This document shows, piece by piece, positions 22,666 to 22,822 of a stretch of 22,822 bases of DNA (the stretch's first letter is position 1; each line of letters opens with the position of its first letter). Location: IMG/VR virus record IMGVR_UViG_2645727821_000016; one strand, written 5' to 3'. Both the position numbers and the translations under genes were made by a program. A model generated the notes under the pieces. The model searched no databases. It had not been told where the DNA came from and saw only the letters and a program-made list of their open reading frames with translations. Source of the DNA: a virus. Taxonomy: Duplodnaviria > Heunggongvirae > Uroviricota > Caudoviricetes.

Positions 22666-22822
22666 TGCAGCCGGTGCGATAGCTACAGGGCTTTTATCTC
22701 TCATTATTCCTGTTCCACTGACGACAGTTCAGTGGGCCAATAAACATTATTACCTTCCTAAAGAGTCGTCTTATACCCCGGGGCGGTGGGAAACACTGCC
22801 GTTTCAGGTTGGCATCATGAAC
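22637..22822 (+). CDS. A: Terminase large subunit A (lambda gpA-like), 5' fragment running off the window end
   Basis: Not on the track because the in-window part is short. The frame from ATG 22637 reads ...[32 protein letters not shown], matching lambda A ([30 protein letters not shown]). It overlaps the Nu1 end by 29 nt, as in lambda. Confidence 0.8.
   Translation, partial: MISDAQKAANAAGAIATGLLSLIIPVPLTTVQWANKHYYLPKESSYTPGRWETLPFQVGIMN

Noticed and set aside
1-22822. Scanned for insertion sequences or transposase genes and their terminal inverted repeats
   Set aside because: No transposase-like ORF found; the only long inverted repeats are the 18-bp pair at 5119/5247 and local hairpins.

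Overview
The window reads as the early, regulatory and late-lysis portion of a cos-type lambdoid prophage from an enterobacterium (E. coli/Shigella-like), running from the integrase end to the start of the packaging module. Calls are from reading the sequence and the supplied ORF track; family assignments are from recalled similarity and visible motifs, with no database search run. Left to right: an ORF6N-like gene outside the integrase; int and xis; a large RecE-like exonuclease with a zinc ribbon and a DnaQ-like 3'-5' exonuclease domain; several small leftward early genes including a YdaF-like one; a CI-type repressor divergent from a YdaS-like Cro and a YdaT-like protein; an O-like replication initiator with phased GTCAC iterons and an AT-rich tract inside it; an AT-rich two-gene cassette with no recognisable phage function; a hok-family type I toxin; a nin-like region (DUF968/HNH-like, RusA, Q-like antiterminator); a pR'-like promoter and terminator; an orphan beta-class DNA methyltransferase; three tRNAs (Ile-CAU, Arg-UCG, Arg-UCU); two tandem copies of a structured noncoding unit where Stx phages carry stx; a lysis cassette (S21-type pinholin, YdfR-like insert, SAR endolysin, lambda-type Rz with embedded Rz1); a lambda-like cos site; and terminase Nu1 plus the start of terminase A. 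The strongest candidate for a new system is the AT-rich cassette at 9.6-11.65 kb, which sits in a typical prophage defence hotspot and whose second protein ends in a GNAT-like motif. The tandem structured repeats at 17.09-17.79 kb are the second most interesting signal.
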